From: Actinomycetota bacterium
GTDB taxonomy: Bacteria > Actinomycetota > Actinomycetes > S36-B12
Assembly (NCBI GenBank): GCA_030652695.1
Contig: JAUSQD010000075.1
Coordinates: forward strand, 1-41,520
DNA length: 41,520 bases
Direction of reading: 5' to 3'
Positions 27,486 to 36,658 of the stretch are shown here, piece after piece. The notes under the pieces are model-generated. The model was given only the letters and a program-made list of their open reading frames with translations, was not told where the DNA came from and ran no database searches. Numbering within the stretch: the stretch's first letter is position 1; every line of letters starts with the position of its first letter. Made by a program: the position numbers and the translations under genes.

Positions 27486-28649
27486 CTACTGCGCCTCATG
27501 CTGACGAATTGCATGGCGGTTGTCCTTGAAATGCCAAGCCTCAAACATCACAAGTCCGACAATCAACGCGGTGAGCAGTACTAGCGAAGTAAGTGACGAG
27601 ACGACGAGTCCGACCGGAATCAGACAGATCGCGACGATGGCTACGACCAGGCGCTGAAGATTCAAGGTGTGGATGTTGCGAAGCCGAAATGCCACATGCG
27701 CAAGCAAGTACACAGCAAACCCTCCAAAGAGCGCGACGTCTGCGACAGCCTTCAAAGGCTCATCAATGTTCAGCAATGTCTTCTTCAGGCCTAGAGCGAC
27801 CAGGACAATGCCCCACACAAAGAACAGGTGAATGTACGAGTAGGAGTCCCGGGCCATCGTGGTTCTTGCAGTCCCGGACACCGCCTCCAGACGGCGTTCC
27901 GCTACCAGGGAAACCACGTCGAAGTAGAGCCACCACATGGCCGAGATGACGATTACGCCCAGAGTGGCGGCCACAATCACGCCTGCACTGAGCGTCTCGC
28001 CTGCCGCAGCAACTCCCAAGGCAACGATCGATTCGCCAAGCGCGATGATGATGATCAAGCCATAGCGTTCTGCAAAGTGCCCAGCGTCGATCCGCCAGCC
28101 CCCAGGACCTGCAACCAGCGGGGATCCAAAGTCGATGACGATCGCCACCAGCCACAGGACGGCTCTCCATGGGCCTTCTGGTACAAAGCCAGCGACCATG
28201 ATCAGCACCGGTGCCGCCACAAATCCAGGTGCGAGCTTCAGCACTGCGGAGAAGACGTCGGGATCAGACCGGGTCGTGATCGCGTACAGGCCCACATGCA
28301 AGAGGCGAACTACGAGGTACGCGACGCCGAACAGTATCGAGTAGGTGCCAAAGGCCGCAGGAGCGGAAAGACCCACAAGCAGCATCGCTGCCATCGCCAC
28401 AAGCATGACCAGTCGTGAAGCGATGTCATCATCGATCTGAATCGAGTTGGTCAACCACGTGTAGCCACCCCATGCCCACCACACCACGGCAAGAACCGCA
28501 AAGCCGCGCAAGAGACCAAGCCACGTCAAGTCATCCGCCATCAGCGTTGTGACTTGGGTCAGTGCAAATACAAAGACGAGATCAAAGAAGAGCTCAAGTG
28601 GCGTGACCACGTGCTTGGAAGGTGAAGCATGGCTATGAGAGTCGCTCAT
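27486..28649 (-). CDS. ltrA: Low temperature requirement protein A family membrane protein
   Basis: VTPLELFFDLVFVFALTQVT, HFAERYGLIIIIALGESI, MWWLYFD, YSYIH. Confidence 0.9.
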   Translation of the reverse strand: MSDSHSHASPSKHVVTPLELFFDLVFVFALTQVTTLMADDLTWLGLLRGFAVLAVVWWAWGGYTWLTNSIQIDDDIASRLVMLVAMAAMLLVGLSAPAAFGTYSILFGVAYLVVRLLHVGLYAITTRSDPDVFSAVLKLAPGFVAAPVLIMVAGFVPEGPWRAVLWLVAIVIDFGSPLVAGPGGWRIDAGHFAERYGLIIIIALGESIVALGVAAAGETLSAGVIVAATLGVIVISAMWWLYFDVVSLVAERRLEAVSGTARTTMARDSYSYIHLFFVWGIVLVALGLKKTLLNIDEPLKAVADVALFGGFAVYLLAHVAFRLRNIHTLNLQRLVVAIVAICLIPVGLVVSSLTSLVLLTALIVGLVMFEAWHFKDNRHAIRQHEAQ

Positions 28650-28706
28650 TGGCGCAAGCTTTCGCAGTGCCGGGCAATCCTCGCCAGTGGTTTACGCAAC
28701 GCCTTG

Positions 28707-29588
28707 CTACTTCAGGAACTTGCTCGTTCGGCGGTCCGCCAGCAACTTGCCGCCCGTTTGACATGTGGGGCAGTACTGAAGTGAGGAGTCAGCGAATGAG
28801 ACTTCACGGACAGTGTCTCCGCACGTGGGGCACTGCTCACCAGACTTTCCATGTACGGCGAGTGTGCGCTTCTTCTCAGATTTCAATGTGCCAGTGCCAT
28901 GACCGATGCTGTTCTGGATCGCATCAGTCAGCTCCTTGCGCATTGCTGCATACAGTGTGGCGAGTTCTTCCGGCTTGAGGGAGTTGCACGCTCGAAACGG
29001 CGAGAGCCCCGCGGAGTGCAGGATTTCATCGCTGTATGCATTGCCAATTCCGGCGATCACAGACTGATTGCGGAGCACGCCTTTGAGCTGTGCTCGTCCA
29101 GCGGCATTCACGATCTCAGTGAAGGCCTCCAAGGTCAGACCATCTGAAAGCGCGTCTGGTCCGAGCCGCTCGACTCCCGGAATGCTCCTAGGGTCATTGA
29201 CGATGTACACAGCGAGTCGCTTTTGAGTTCCTGCTTCGGTCACATCAAATCCGCCTGCCAACTCGTCATCGTCTCGGACAAATGCAAGTCGAAGCGCCAA
29301 GGGGCCCTTGCCCATCTTCACTGGCATCGCGGACAGTTCTTCACGCCAGTGAACCCAACCGGCTCTGGACAAGTGCCAGACCAAGTGCAGGCCGGAGTCT
29401 GTCTTCATGTCGAGAAACTTGCCTACTCGAGTGACCGAATGGACACGCTGGCCTTCGAGGTCAGCAAGAGTCGGGTCATATGTCTTCAGCGCACTGAAGC
29501 TGGCCAGTGTCACTTTGGAGATTCGCAAGCCTGCAGTGTGCTCATGGAGAAATCTGGCGAGCGCTTCTACCTCGGGCAGTTCCGGCAC
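28707..29588 (-). CDS. Fpg/Nei family DNA glycosylase/AP lyase (actinobacterial paralog)
   Basis: N-terminal PELPEVE, GKFL, H2TH IAGIGNAYSDEIL, C4 zinc finger CPTC...YCPTCQ. Confidence 0.93.
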   Translation of the reverse strand: MPELPEVEALARFLHEHTAGLRISKVTLASFSALKTYDPTLADLEGQRVHSVTRVGKFLDMKTDSGLHLVWHLSRAGWVHWREELSAMPVKMGKGPLALRLAFVRDDDELAGGFDVTEAGTQKRLAVYIVNDPRSIPGVERLGPDALSDGLTLEAFTEIVNAAGRAQLKGVLRNQSVIAGIGNAYSDEILHSAGLSPFRACNSLKPEELATLYAAMRKELTDAIQNSIGHGTGTLKSEKKRTLAVHGKSGEQCPTCGDTVREVSFADSSLQYCPTCQTGGKLLADRRTSKFLK

Positions 29589-29603
29589 CGTGAAGTCGAT
29601 GAC

Positions 29604-30380
29604 CTAATGCGAAGCTTTGCGGTCATACATTCGGGCATCGGCACGATCGATCAGCTCGGCGAGTTCTTCGCCCGGCTTCAGTTCCGCCAAGCCGACGGTC
29701 GCAACCCCCAGGGTTGAGTGCAAATCCTCGCTCATGCTTTCAAAACGGCTTGTGGCCTCCGCCAAGTCAATGCCAAGAAGACCGCAGATGAATTCGTCCC
29801 CTCCGTAACGGAGAATGACATCGTCTTGACGCACCACTTCTCGGATGGCATCGGCCACGCGACGCAGGAGCAGATCGCCCGCTCGGTGACCTTCTGCATC
29901 GTTGACGGCCTTGAGCCCGTCGACATCAACGAACGCAAGCACGAATGGCTGCTCAGTTCTTCCAGCGGTCACAATTTCACGTTCAAGCTCTGTGATACCC
30001 GCCTCTCGGCGATACACCCCAGTCAGTTCGTCCTGAAGCAGACTGGCTCGGTGGACAGCAGATAACCGACGGTCCACGTCGGCCGCATCACGATCTGCTT
30101 CGGCTTGTCGGCGATCAGCGGCTGCACCTTTTCGATCTCTCCTGGCGCCGGCGCGGTCAGAGGCGGCTTCAACGTCCACCGTGCCCTCACGCTCATCGCG
30201 AGCCTCAGCTCGAGCATCTCGATCCTCTGAGCGCAGATCGCGATTCTCAGCTGTGAGATCAAGCGCCTCAGCAGTCCTATCGCGATCAACTGCAGTGCGA
30301 TCGCGATCCTCCATGTCCGCTATGGCTGCTACTTGCGCGCTCACCGAGCTTTCGGTGACAGAGGTCGCTCCCTGATCCAT
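29604..30380 (-). CDS. Diguanylate cyclase (GGDEF) with N-terminal Arg/Asp/Ala heptad coiled coil
   Basis: DELTGVY, FVDVDGLKAVND..GHRAGD, RQDD I-site five residues before intact GGDEF, RADARMY. Confidence 0.92.
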   Translation of the reverse strand: MDQGATSVTESSVSAQVAAIADMEDRDRTAVDRDRTAEALDLTAENRDLRSEDRDARAEARDEREGTVDVEAASDRAGARRDRKGAAADRRQAEADRDAADVDRRLSAVHRASLLQDELTGVYRREAGITELEREIVTAGRTEQPFVLAFVDVDGLKAVNDAEGHRAGDLLLRRVADAIREVVRQDDVILRYGGDEFICGLLGIDLAEATSRFESMSEDLHSTLGVATVGLAELKPGEELAELIDRADARMYDRKASH

Positions 30381-30517
30381 AGAGGGATGATGCCACCCAC
30401 CTGTTTCCAGTAAAAGTCCCAGGCTGGCCTGAATATCCCATTTGTCATTGGGGAAGAAACCTGCTCCCTAGGATGTGCATGCCTATTGCGCGATCGGATC
30501 TGCGGAAGGAACACACC

Positions 30518-31906
30518 ATGTCTGGAGTTCGAGGGAAGGGGCGCTACATCACTGCCGCAGCCGTGTTGGCTGTGATGGGGATGACAGCCGCAGTCGGAAG
30601 CACGGCAAGCCAAGCGGCTTCTGCTTCGCCTTCTGCCTCTCCCACGGCTGCAGCTCCGACCCCGATACCGCCAAGCGCCGTCGTATTGAGCCTGCCCAAG
30701 GACATGTATCTGCATCCGGGCGCTCCGACCGAGTGGTGGTGGCACACGGGCACTCTGAAGGCCGGCAATCGCACCTTCGGATTCGAGATCAATGCAGCCT
30801 CCTTTGTGGACCAAGGTTTCGCCTTCTCTCAGATCAGCGTCACTGATGTCGCCAAGCAGAAGCACTACAAGCGCACCAATGTCTACGTTCCACCGGGCAA
30901 TTTCGCGCCCACCACTTGGGCGCAATCGGACACCAGCAAGCCCTGGTACGCAAAGCTTGGCGACCCAGCGAACAAGTTCGGTGGGGTGGAAGTCACCAAC
31001 CCAGGCACCGGCTACACGACTCCACCCACAGTCACGATCACTGGCAACGGCACCGGAGCTTCGGCAACCGCCCAGTTGAACGCCAAGGGCGGCGTCTCAC
31101 AGATTCTGATAGCCAACGCTGGCAAGGGCTACACCACACCGCCCAAGGTCACCATTACCGGCACCGGCAGTGGCGCGACGGCTGTTGCATTCCCCACGTA
31201 CGTATCGATGACCGCACCGGCGGCTGACCCGACCAAGAACATGCGCGTCAAGGCACTGCTGGCCGATGATCCCTCAATGAAGCCAGTGATGATCGATCTC
31301 ACTCTTTCGCAGAAGGGTCGTCCGTTCTTCGTCTGGGGAACTGGCGTGAATCCTGGAGCGACGAGCACCAGCGTGAAGGAGAACAACTACTACTTCTCAC
31401 TGACCAATCTGCAGGCCAGCGGTTCACTCACCATCGACGGAAAGAAGATTCCTGTCACAGGGGTCACGTGGATGGATCATGAGTACGGCGCATTTGGCAC
31501 CGCGGCGAATCCAGTTCAGTGGATCCTGCAGGACATGCAGCTCGACAATGGCTTCTCGATCTCCAATGTTGGCATTGTTGGCGAAGGACAGAAGCCAACC
31601 TTGAACACCGCAATGGTCGGCTACGCAACCCTTGAAGCGGCTAATGGCGATACCTACCTCGTCGGCAGCACGGTGACACCGTTCGGCAAGACGTGGACGA
31701 GTCCCGAAAGTGGGGTCACCTACTTCACGCAGTTCCGGGTACAGATTCCACAGTTCGGCGCCAACATCGTGGTCACCACGTTGATGGATGCGCAGGAGTT
31801 CCCTGGCACCAGTGGTGGATCTGTCTATGAGGGCGTGGCCAAAGCCAAGGGCATCTTCAAGGGCAAGGCCGTAGGCGGAACTGCTTGGATCGAGCAGACC
31901 TTCTGA
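30518..31906 (+). CDS. Secreted AttH/CrtC-like (lipocalin-fold) protein with inserted Gly/Thr-rich tandem repeat
   Basis: Signal peptide, HPGAPTEWWWHTG, NYYFSLTNL, GVTWMDHEYG, W...QLDNG, AQE...YEG...AWIE; AAGGA SD before ATG 30518. Confidence 0.8.
   Translation: MSGVRGKGRYITAAAVLAVMGMTAAVGSTASQAASASPSASPTAAAPTPIPPSAVVLSLPKDMYLHPGAPTEWWWHTGTLKAGNRTFGFEINAASFVDQGFAFSQISVTDVAKQKHYKRTNVYVPPGNFAPTTWAQSDTSKPWYAKLGDPANKFGGVEVTNPGTGYTTPPTVTITGNGTGASATAQLNAKGGVSQILIANAGKGYTTPPKVTITGTGSGATAVAFPTYVSMTAPAADPTKNMRVKALLADDPSMKPVMIDLTLSQKGRPFFVWGTGVNPGATSTSVKENNYYFSLTNLQASGSLTIDGKKIPVTGVTWMDHEYGAFGTAANPVQWILQDMQLDNGFSISNVGIVGEGQKPTLNTAMVGYATLEAANGDTYLVGSTVTPFGKTWTSPESGVTYFTQFRVQIPQFGANIVVTTLMDAQEFPGTSGGSVYEGVAKAKGIFKGKAVGGTAWIEQTF
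30980..31189 (+). repeat. Two 39-aa repeats (VTNPGTGYTTPPTVTITGNGTGASATA / IANAGKGYTTPPKVTITGTGSGATAVA)
   Basis: GGC TAC AC at 31010 and 31127, 117-nt period. Confidence 0.85.
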
Positions 31907-31940
31907 AGCCGGAGCAAGCCGATCGAGCAGGGCTCAACAC

Positions 31941-32711
31941 ATGTCGGCCCTAGTCGACTTGCTCGCGCTGAAGAGCAGTGAGCAGGACGTGTTTGTGAGT
32001 GGTGTCTTTGACTCCGCCACCCCAAACATCTTCGGCGGTCAACTGCTTGCGCAAGCTCTGATGGCCGCGTGCAAGACAGTTATTGCTGACCGACCTCCGC
32101 ATTCCATGCACGCCTACTTCATCGCAGCGGCAGACAGCTCCAAGCCCGTTGCAATCCACGTCAATCGCGAGCGGGACGGCCGATCATTTTCTTCGCGGAA
32201 GCTGCGAGTCGTGCAGGGCGATCGGCTCGTGATGAATGCCCTCGCGTCCTTTCAGGACCCTGAGCCAGGGATTGACGCCCAGAGGTCGATACCTGTGGGA
32301 ACGAAGGCGCCTGCTGAACCGTTCGGGTTCTACGAGCATCCAGTATCTGCCGACATTCAGATTGTTGACGCAGCACCTGAATTGCCGTTTGCACATCCGC
32401 CACGAAGCTGGAGCAGATGCGTGTCGGAGATACCAGACGACATGGCAGTTCAGGCCTGCGTCATGACATACGCGTCAGACTTCTATACCGGACTCGTCCA
32501 GTTCACGGAGTTTCCACAAGACGCAGTAGTGACGAGCATTGATCACGCGATCTGGTTCCACCGCCCGTTGCACATGAACGAATGGCACCTCATGGACTGG
32601 ACCGGCCACTCGATCTCATCAGGCCGCGGGCACTACAGCGGCCACTTCTACGACAGCTCTGGACAGATGGTGGCAGGGGCCAGCCAGGAGATGGTCGTTC
32701 GACGGCGGTAG
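31941..32711 (+). CDS. tesB: Acyl-CoA thioesterase II
   Basis: IFGGQLLAQALMAA, HSMHAYF, RERDGRSFSSR, TYASD, SIDHAIWFHRP, SQE. Confidence 0.9.
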   Translation: MSALVDLLALKSSEQDVFVSGVFDSATPNIFGGQLLAQALMAACKTVIADRPPHSMHAYFIAAADSSKPVAIHVNRERDGRSFSSRKLRVVQGDRLVMNALASFQDPEPGIDAQRSIPVGTKAPAEPFGFYEHPVSADIQIVDAAPELPFAHPPRSWSRCVSEIPDDMAVQACVMTYASDFYTGLVQFTEFPQDAVVTSIDHAIWFHRPLHMNEWHLMDWTGHSISSGRGHYSGHFYDSSGQMVAGASQEMVVRRR

Positions 32712-32716
32712 CCGGC

Positions 32717-32854
32717 TCAGACAGTGACGGATTCCTGCGGGCTTTGCTCTTTGGGCGGGGCAAGCACGACGACAGAGAAACTGCACGCTGGAAGCACACA
32801 CCAAAGCGCATGCACCACTGCAACCGCGGGTTTGGATGATCTGTTGCTGTCCAA
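32717..32854 (-). CDS. Candidate 45-aa small hydrophobic protein
   Basis: AGGAG SD 7 nt before TTG 32854; MDSNRSSKPAVAVVHALWCVLPACSFSVVVLAPPKEQSPQESVTV; fills the gap between the SBP hairpin and the tesB stop. Confidence 0.3.
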   Translation of the reverse strand: MDSNRSSKPAVAVVHALWCVLPACSFSVVVLAPPKEQSPQESVTV

Positions 32855-32891
32855 TAGTGATCTCCTACTTCTTGAGACTGCCCAAGATGGA

Positions 32892-32932
32892 GACGGTGTG
32901 CAGCGAAGGCCACTCCCCCGCTACACACCGTC
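32892..32932 (-). terminator. Long stem-loop just downstream of SBP gene
   Basis: GACGGTGTGTAGCGGGGG-AGTGG-CCTTCGCTGCACACCGTC; 18-bp stem whose G-U pairs form only on the minus strand; no U tract. Confidence 0.65.
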
Positions 32933-32944
32933 CGCTCAAGAGGG

Positions 32945-34246
32945 CTATCCGCCCAGGATGACCTTGCCTGACGAGGTGTCGATGTACTTGGCACCACAGG
33001 TCGGCTTTGCATCAGGTACGAGATCAGTGCCCTTTGCGATCATGAACCAGTTGCAGACAGCTGGATTGCCGTTGGGCAGGATGCCCGGGCCCTTGAAGCT
33101 GATCTTCTCTGGCACCAGTCCGCCACCGTCATAGTTGGTGACATTGCGCAGAGCGCTGATGAACGACGCTCGCGTTGGGCACTTGCCGGCGACCTTGAGA
33201 CCCTTGATCAACAGGTCGGCACCGAGGAAGCCCATAGGCGCTGCTGAGGAATAGGGGTTCAGGCCGGCTGCCTTCATACCTGCCGCGTAGGTCTTCACAG
33301 CGCGGTTGTTCACACCCACGGGAACTGATCCGTAGGTCGTGCCCAATGCACCATCAAGTGCACCATTGGCAGTCCTCAGCACAGAGGGATCTGAAAGGCC
33401 CACGATGCTGACGCCCTTCAGGGTGACACCCTGCTGCTTCAATGCGCTCATGATGGAAATCGCGCCGTCGATGAATCCAACGATGATCGCGCCATCTGCG
33501 CCGGAGTTCTTGATGCGCAGCGCTGTTGACGTGGCGTCGTGAGTTCCCTGAGGCTCATCGGAGATTCGAAGAGCCTGGGTCAGCCCGCCGACAAACGGGA
33601 TGAGACCCGCAGTCGCGTTGCCCGCTGCGGATGCACCAGTGCTGATGTGGTTGATGTTGGCAACCTTGGTGACTCCCATCTGCTTCAACTTCTCAAGCAC
33701 GCCAGTGCTGGCGATTGCGGGGTTGGATGAAACGGTCGCTCCCGTCACGCCAAATGCATTGCGGTCTGTACCGAAGGCTGGGTTATTGAATCCCGTGACC
33801 GGGATTCCCTGGTCTTTCAATGTTGGATACATCGAAGTCGTGGCGGTCTGAGCATTCAGGCCGAAGACGTTGTCTGACTGCACGGCCTTTTGCATCGCGG
33901 TGATCTGGCCGCTGCCATTGGACTGATCGTCATAGACCTTGTAGACCAACTTACGGCCGTTGATCCCGCCCTTGGCGTTCTCCTGGTCAATGCGCAGCTG
34001 CGAGGCTTCCGAGGAACCGATGTAGTTAGCCGACGCGGCGCCCGTCTTTGGGCCAATCCAGCCTACGTTGATCGTGGTCGCAGTCACGCCTGGAGTGGCT
34101 GGGCACGAGGCATTGCTCGTGGCAGCAGTGGGAGCTGGCGTTGGAGCGGCGGCGGCGCTGCCTGCGAAGCCCGCAAAGAGCAATGATGCGCTGGCGCCTG
34201 CCGCAAGAACGACCGTGCGCTTTCGAACTTGATGAGGACTAACCAT
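32945..34246 (-). CDS. ABC transporter substrate-binding protein, branched-chain amino acid (Peripla_BP_6)-like
   Basis: PGVTATTINVGWIGPKTG...NAKGGINGRKLVYKVYDDQS; signal peptide; GGAGG SD before ATG 34246. Confidence 0.9.
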   Translation of the reverse strand: MVSPHQVRKRTVVLAAGASASLLFAGFAGSAAAAPTPAPTAATSNASCPATPGVTATTINVGWIGPKTGAASANYIGSSEASQLRIDQENAKGGINGRKLVYKVYDDQSNGSGQITAMQKAVQSDNVFGLNAQTATTSMYPTLKDQGIPVTGFNNPAFGTDRNAFGVTGATVSSNPAIASTGVLEKLKQMGVTKVANINHISTGASAAGNATAGLIPFVGGLTQALRISDEPQGTHDATSTALRIKNSGADGAIIVGFIDGAISIMSALKQQGVTLKGVSIVGLSDPSVLRTANGALDGALGTTYGSVPVGVNNRAVKTYAAGMKAAGLNPYSSAAPMGFLGADLLIKGLKVAGKCPTRASFISALRNVTNYDGGGLVPEKISFKGPGILPNGNPAVCNWFMIAKGTDLVPDAKPTCGAKYIDTSSGKVILGG

Positions 34247-34327
34247 TGAAACCTCCATGTGCAGATCACTGGTAGTGGTGACGGTTTGGCACTGCTGAGC
34301 CAGTGCCGCGCCCAATCGGATGATTGC

Positions 34328-34342
34328 CAGAATCGGATTCTG
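34328..34342. promoter_or_regulatory. Palindromic candidate operator CAGAATC-G-GATTCTG
   Basis: Perfect 7-1-7 inverted repeat in the divergent SBP/nitroreductase intergenic region. Confidence 0.45.
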
Positions 34343-34519
34343 TTAAGCCGGAATCACATTCCGCCAGATCAGAACAGCGTTTGTTATGCAACCGTTACCG
34401 GAAAACTCGGCATTTCAACTCAAATCAACCAGATCCTGCAGGTGACATGCGCAATGCACGGCTGGAAGACTCCACTGCAGAGGCGGCGATCTCCACGACA
34501 GCACTCAGAAGGGGAAGTC

Positions 34520-34936
34520 ATGAGCGAAATGCAGGATTGGAACGCTCAGATCATTGAGGAGTTTCGAGCCAACGCTGGACAGGTGGGCGGCAACTTTGCC
34601 GGAGCACCCATGCTGCTGCTACACACCACTGGGGCGAAATCGGGGCTCGAGCGAGTCAATCCGATGATGTACCAGGACCTCGGAGATGGGCGTATAGCCG
34701 TGTTCGCCTCAAAGGCTGGAGCCGACAGCGACCCCGACTGGTATCGCAATCTCGTCGCCAATCCTGTAGTCCAGGCTGAGATCGGCACCCGCACGCAGGC
34801 ATTCGTGGCTCGCACAGCCAGCGACGAGCGAGACCACATTTGGACCAAGCAGAAGCTGGACTATCCCGGCTTTGCACAATACGAGTCCATGACGAGCCGA
34901 GTGATTCCGGTGGCCATTCTCCAACCGGCTGACTGA
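34520..34936 (+). CDS. F420H2-dependent nitroreductase/quinone reductase (Ddn/DUF385 family)
   Basis: WNAQIIEEFRANAGQVGG.F.GAPMLLLHTTGAKSG..R..P...ASKAGA...PDWYRNLVANP...RVIPV. Confidence 0.93.
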   Translation: MSEMQDWNAQIIEEFRANAGQVGGNFAGAPMLLLHTTGAKSGLERVNPMMYQDLGDGRIAVFASKAGADSDPDWYRNLVANPVVQAEIGTRTQAFVARTASDERDHIWTKQKLDYPGFAQYESMTSRVIPVAILQPAD

Positions 34937-34944
34937 GCCAGCTC

Positions 34945-35367
34945 CTAAGTCAAAATTCGTGGCCATTCGATTGCCGGGCAGCGATCCATCACCATGTCCA
35001 TCTCGTGCTCGATCACTCGATCAGCAGCGCTCGTGTCGATCACACCAAGTTGAAACCACACAGCGTCAGCGCCAATGACGATGGCTTCATCAGCAACTGG
35101 ACCCGCGAGGTCAGAGTTCACAAACACGTCGACCACATCAATATGACCGATGGCTTCTTGGGCTTCCAAGAGACTCGTGTAGCCCTGCTCGCCGTGGACG
35201 ACCCCTGCGGACGGATGGACGGGGATCACTCGCTTGCCCTTCTGCTTCAGCAGCTGGGCAATTCGGTAGGCGTCGCGGGATTGATTGTTCGACAGGCCCA
35301 CGACGGCCCACACCTGTGCTTCGCGCAAGAGCCGAGCAATGACTTTGGGATCGTTGATGACGCTCAT
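34945..35367 (-). CDS. CoA-binding domain protein
   Basis: WAVVGLSNNQSR...VIPVHP...IDVVDVFVNS...AVWFQLGV...VMDRCPAIE; TAGGTT -10 6 nt before ATG. Confidence 0.92.
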   Translation of the reverse strand: MSVINDPKVIARLLREAQVWAVVGLSNNQSRDAYRIAQLLKQKGKRVIPVHPSAGVVHGEQGYTSLLEAQEAIGHIDVVDVFVNSDLAGPVADEAIVIGADAVWFQLGVIDTSAADRVIEHEMDMVMDRCPAIEWPRILT

Positions 35368-35401
35368 CGCGCCAACCTACGCTCCATGACGGTCACGAGT
35401 T

Positions 35402-36658
35402 TCAGACGGACGCGGCCTCATTCATCGCGCGCCATTCATGCTTGGAACGCAAAGTGGTGTCCACATCAGGCGACATCGCGCGAAGACCGCCAACAGTGGC
35501 GTCCTCCTTGCTGATGTGCTTGAAGGTGTCCCACTGGAAAAAGCGAGCGCTGTTCTCCCAGGTGAACATATGGATCTCATTGTCAGGCACGCCTGCGCCG
35601 TTCATTTCGTTCAAGACGAATTCCGGGGCGTCGGGAAAGATCGAATCAGAGTGTGGGTAATCGCATTCCCACGCGATTACCTCAAGGCCGATGTCGTGTC
35701 GCACCTTCAGTGCAATGGGATCGGTGACATAGCAGGCAAGTGAGTGCTCCCGGAAGATGTCGCTGGGGAGCTTGTCTCCAAAGTCATGCCCAAGCCACCG
35801 CTGATTTGTGTAGTGACGATCGCAACGGTCCAAGTAGAAGGGGATCCAGCCGATCCCGGCCTCGGACCAAGCTACCTTCAGATCCGGGTACTTCCAGAAC
35901 GCTCCACCCCAGAGCAAATCCTGCGCCGCGAATGTCGACACCTGCGTCGCAAGAATGATCATGTTGTCGATCGGCGCTGCCGGGGCCATGTTGATTGCCC
36001 CGAAGCCTTGACCAATGTGCAGACACATCACGACCTGCAGTTCCGAGCAGGCCTGGAAGAAGGGCCCCCAGTACTCAAGATCGTGGTAGCTGGGCAAGCC
36101 CTGAATATGTGGCAGTTCAGGCATCGTCACTGCATGACAACCCTTGGCAGCCACGCGATGAACTTCAGCAACCATGGCGGCCTGATCCCACACAGGAATG
36201 ATGGCCAAGGGAATGAAGCGTCCAGGGTAGGCGGCACACCACTCGTCGATATGCCAGTCGTTGTAGGCCTTCAGCATGATGAGCGCGAGATCCTTGTCAG
36301 CTGCCTCTTGGAAGAAGCGGGCACTGAATCCTGCATAGGACGGGAAGCACATCGAGGCCAGGATGCCGTTGCGATTCATATCCCGCACTCGTTCGTGGAT
36401 GTCGTAGGCGCCTGGACGCATCTCTGCGTAGGACGAGGGGTCAAAGCCCCACTCCTCCTTTGGCCAGCCGACGACTGCATTCATGCTCGTGGACATACTC
36501 CACTTTCCTTGGAAGGTCCACGATTCAATGCCTCGCTCATCGACAAGCAGCTTGGGCGCCTGATCCTTGTAGGCCGCCGGGAGGTGCGCGTCATACATAT
36601 CGCTGGGTTCGATGACGTGGTCGTCATTGCTGATCAAGATCATGTCGTTGACGTTCAT
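35402..36658 (-). CDS. Amidohydrolase family protein (Amidohydro_2-like)
   Basis: ISNDDHVIEP, ASMCFPS, AYNDWHIDEWC, CLHIG, SEAGIGWIP, WECDYPHSD. Confidence 0.93.
   Translation of the reverse strand: MNVNDMILISNDDHVIEPSDMYDAHLPAAYKDQAPKLLVDERGIESWTFQGKWSMSTSMNAVVGWPKEEWGFDPSSYAEMRPGAYDIHERVRDMNRNGILASMCFPSYAGFSARFFQEAADKDLALIMLKAYNDWHIDEWCAAYPGRFIPLAIIPVWDQAAMVAEVHRVAAKGCHAVTMPELPHIQGLPSYHDLEYWGPFFQACSELQVVMCLHIGQGFGAINMAPAAPIDNMIILATQVSTFAAQDLLWGGAFWKYPDLKVAWSEAGIGWIPFYLDRCDRHYTNQRWLGHDFGDKLPSDIFREHSLACYVTDPIALKVRHDIGLEVIAWECDYPHSDSIFPDAPEFVLNEMNGAGVPDNEIHMFTWENSARFFQWDTFKHISKEDATVGGLRAMSPDVDTTLRSKHEWRAMNEAASV

Noticed and set aside
30060-30320. Short DNA repeats (cgcgatc...) as a possible CRISPR or tandem array
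   Set aside because: They are the coding heptads of the GGDEF N-terminal coiled coil; no repeat-spacer structure and no cas genes
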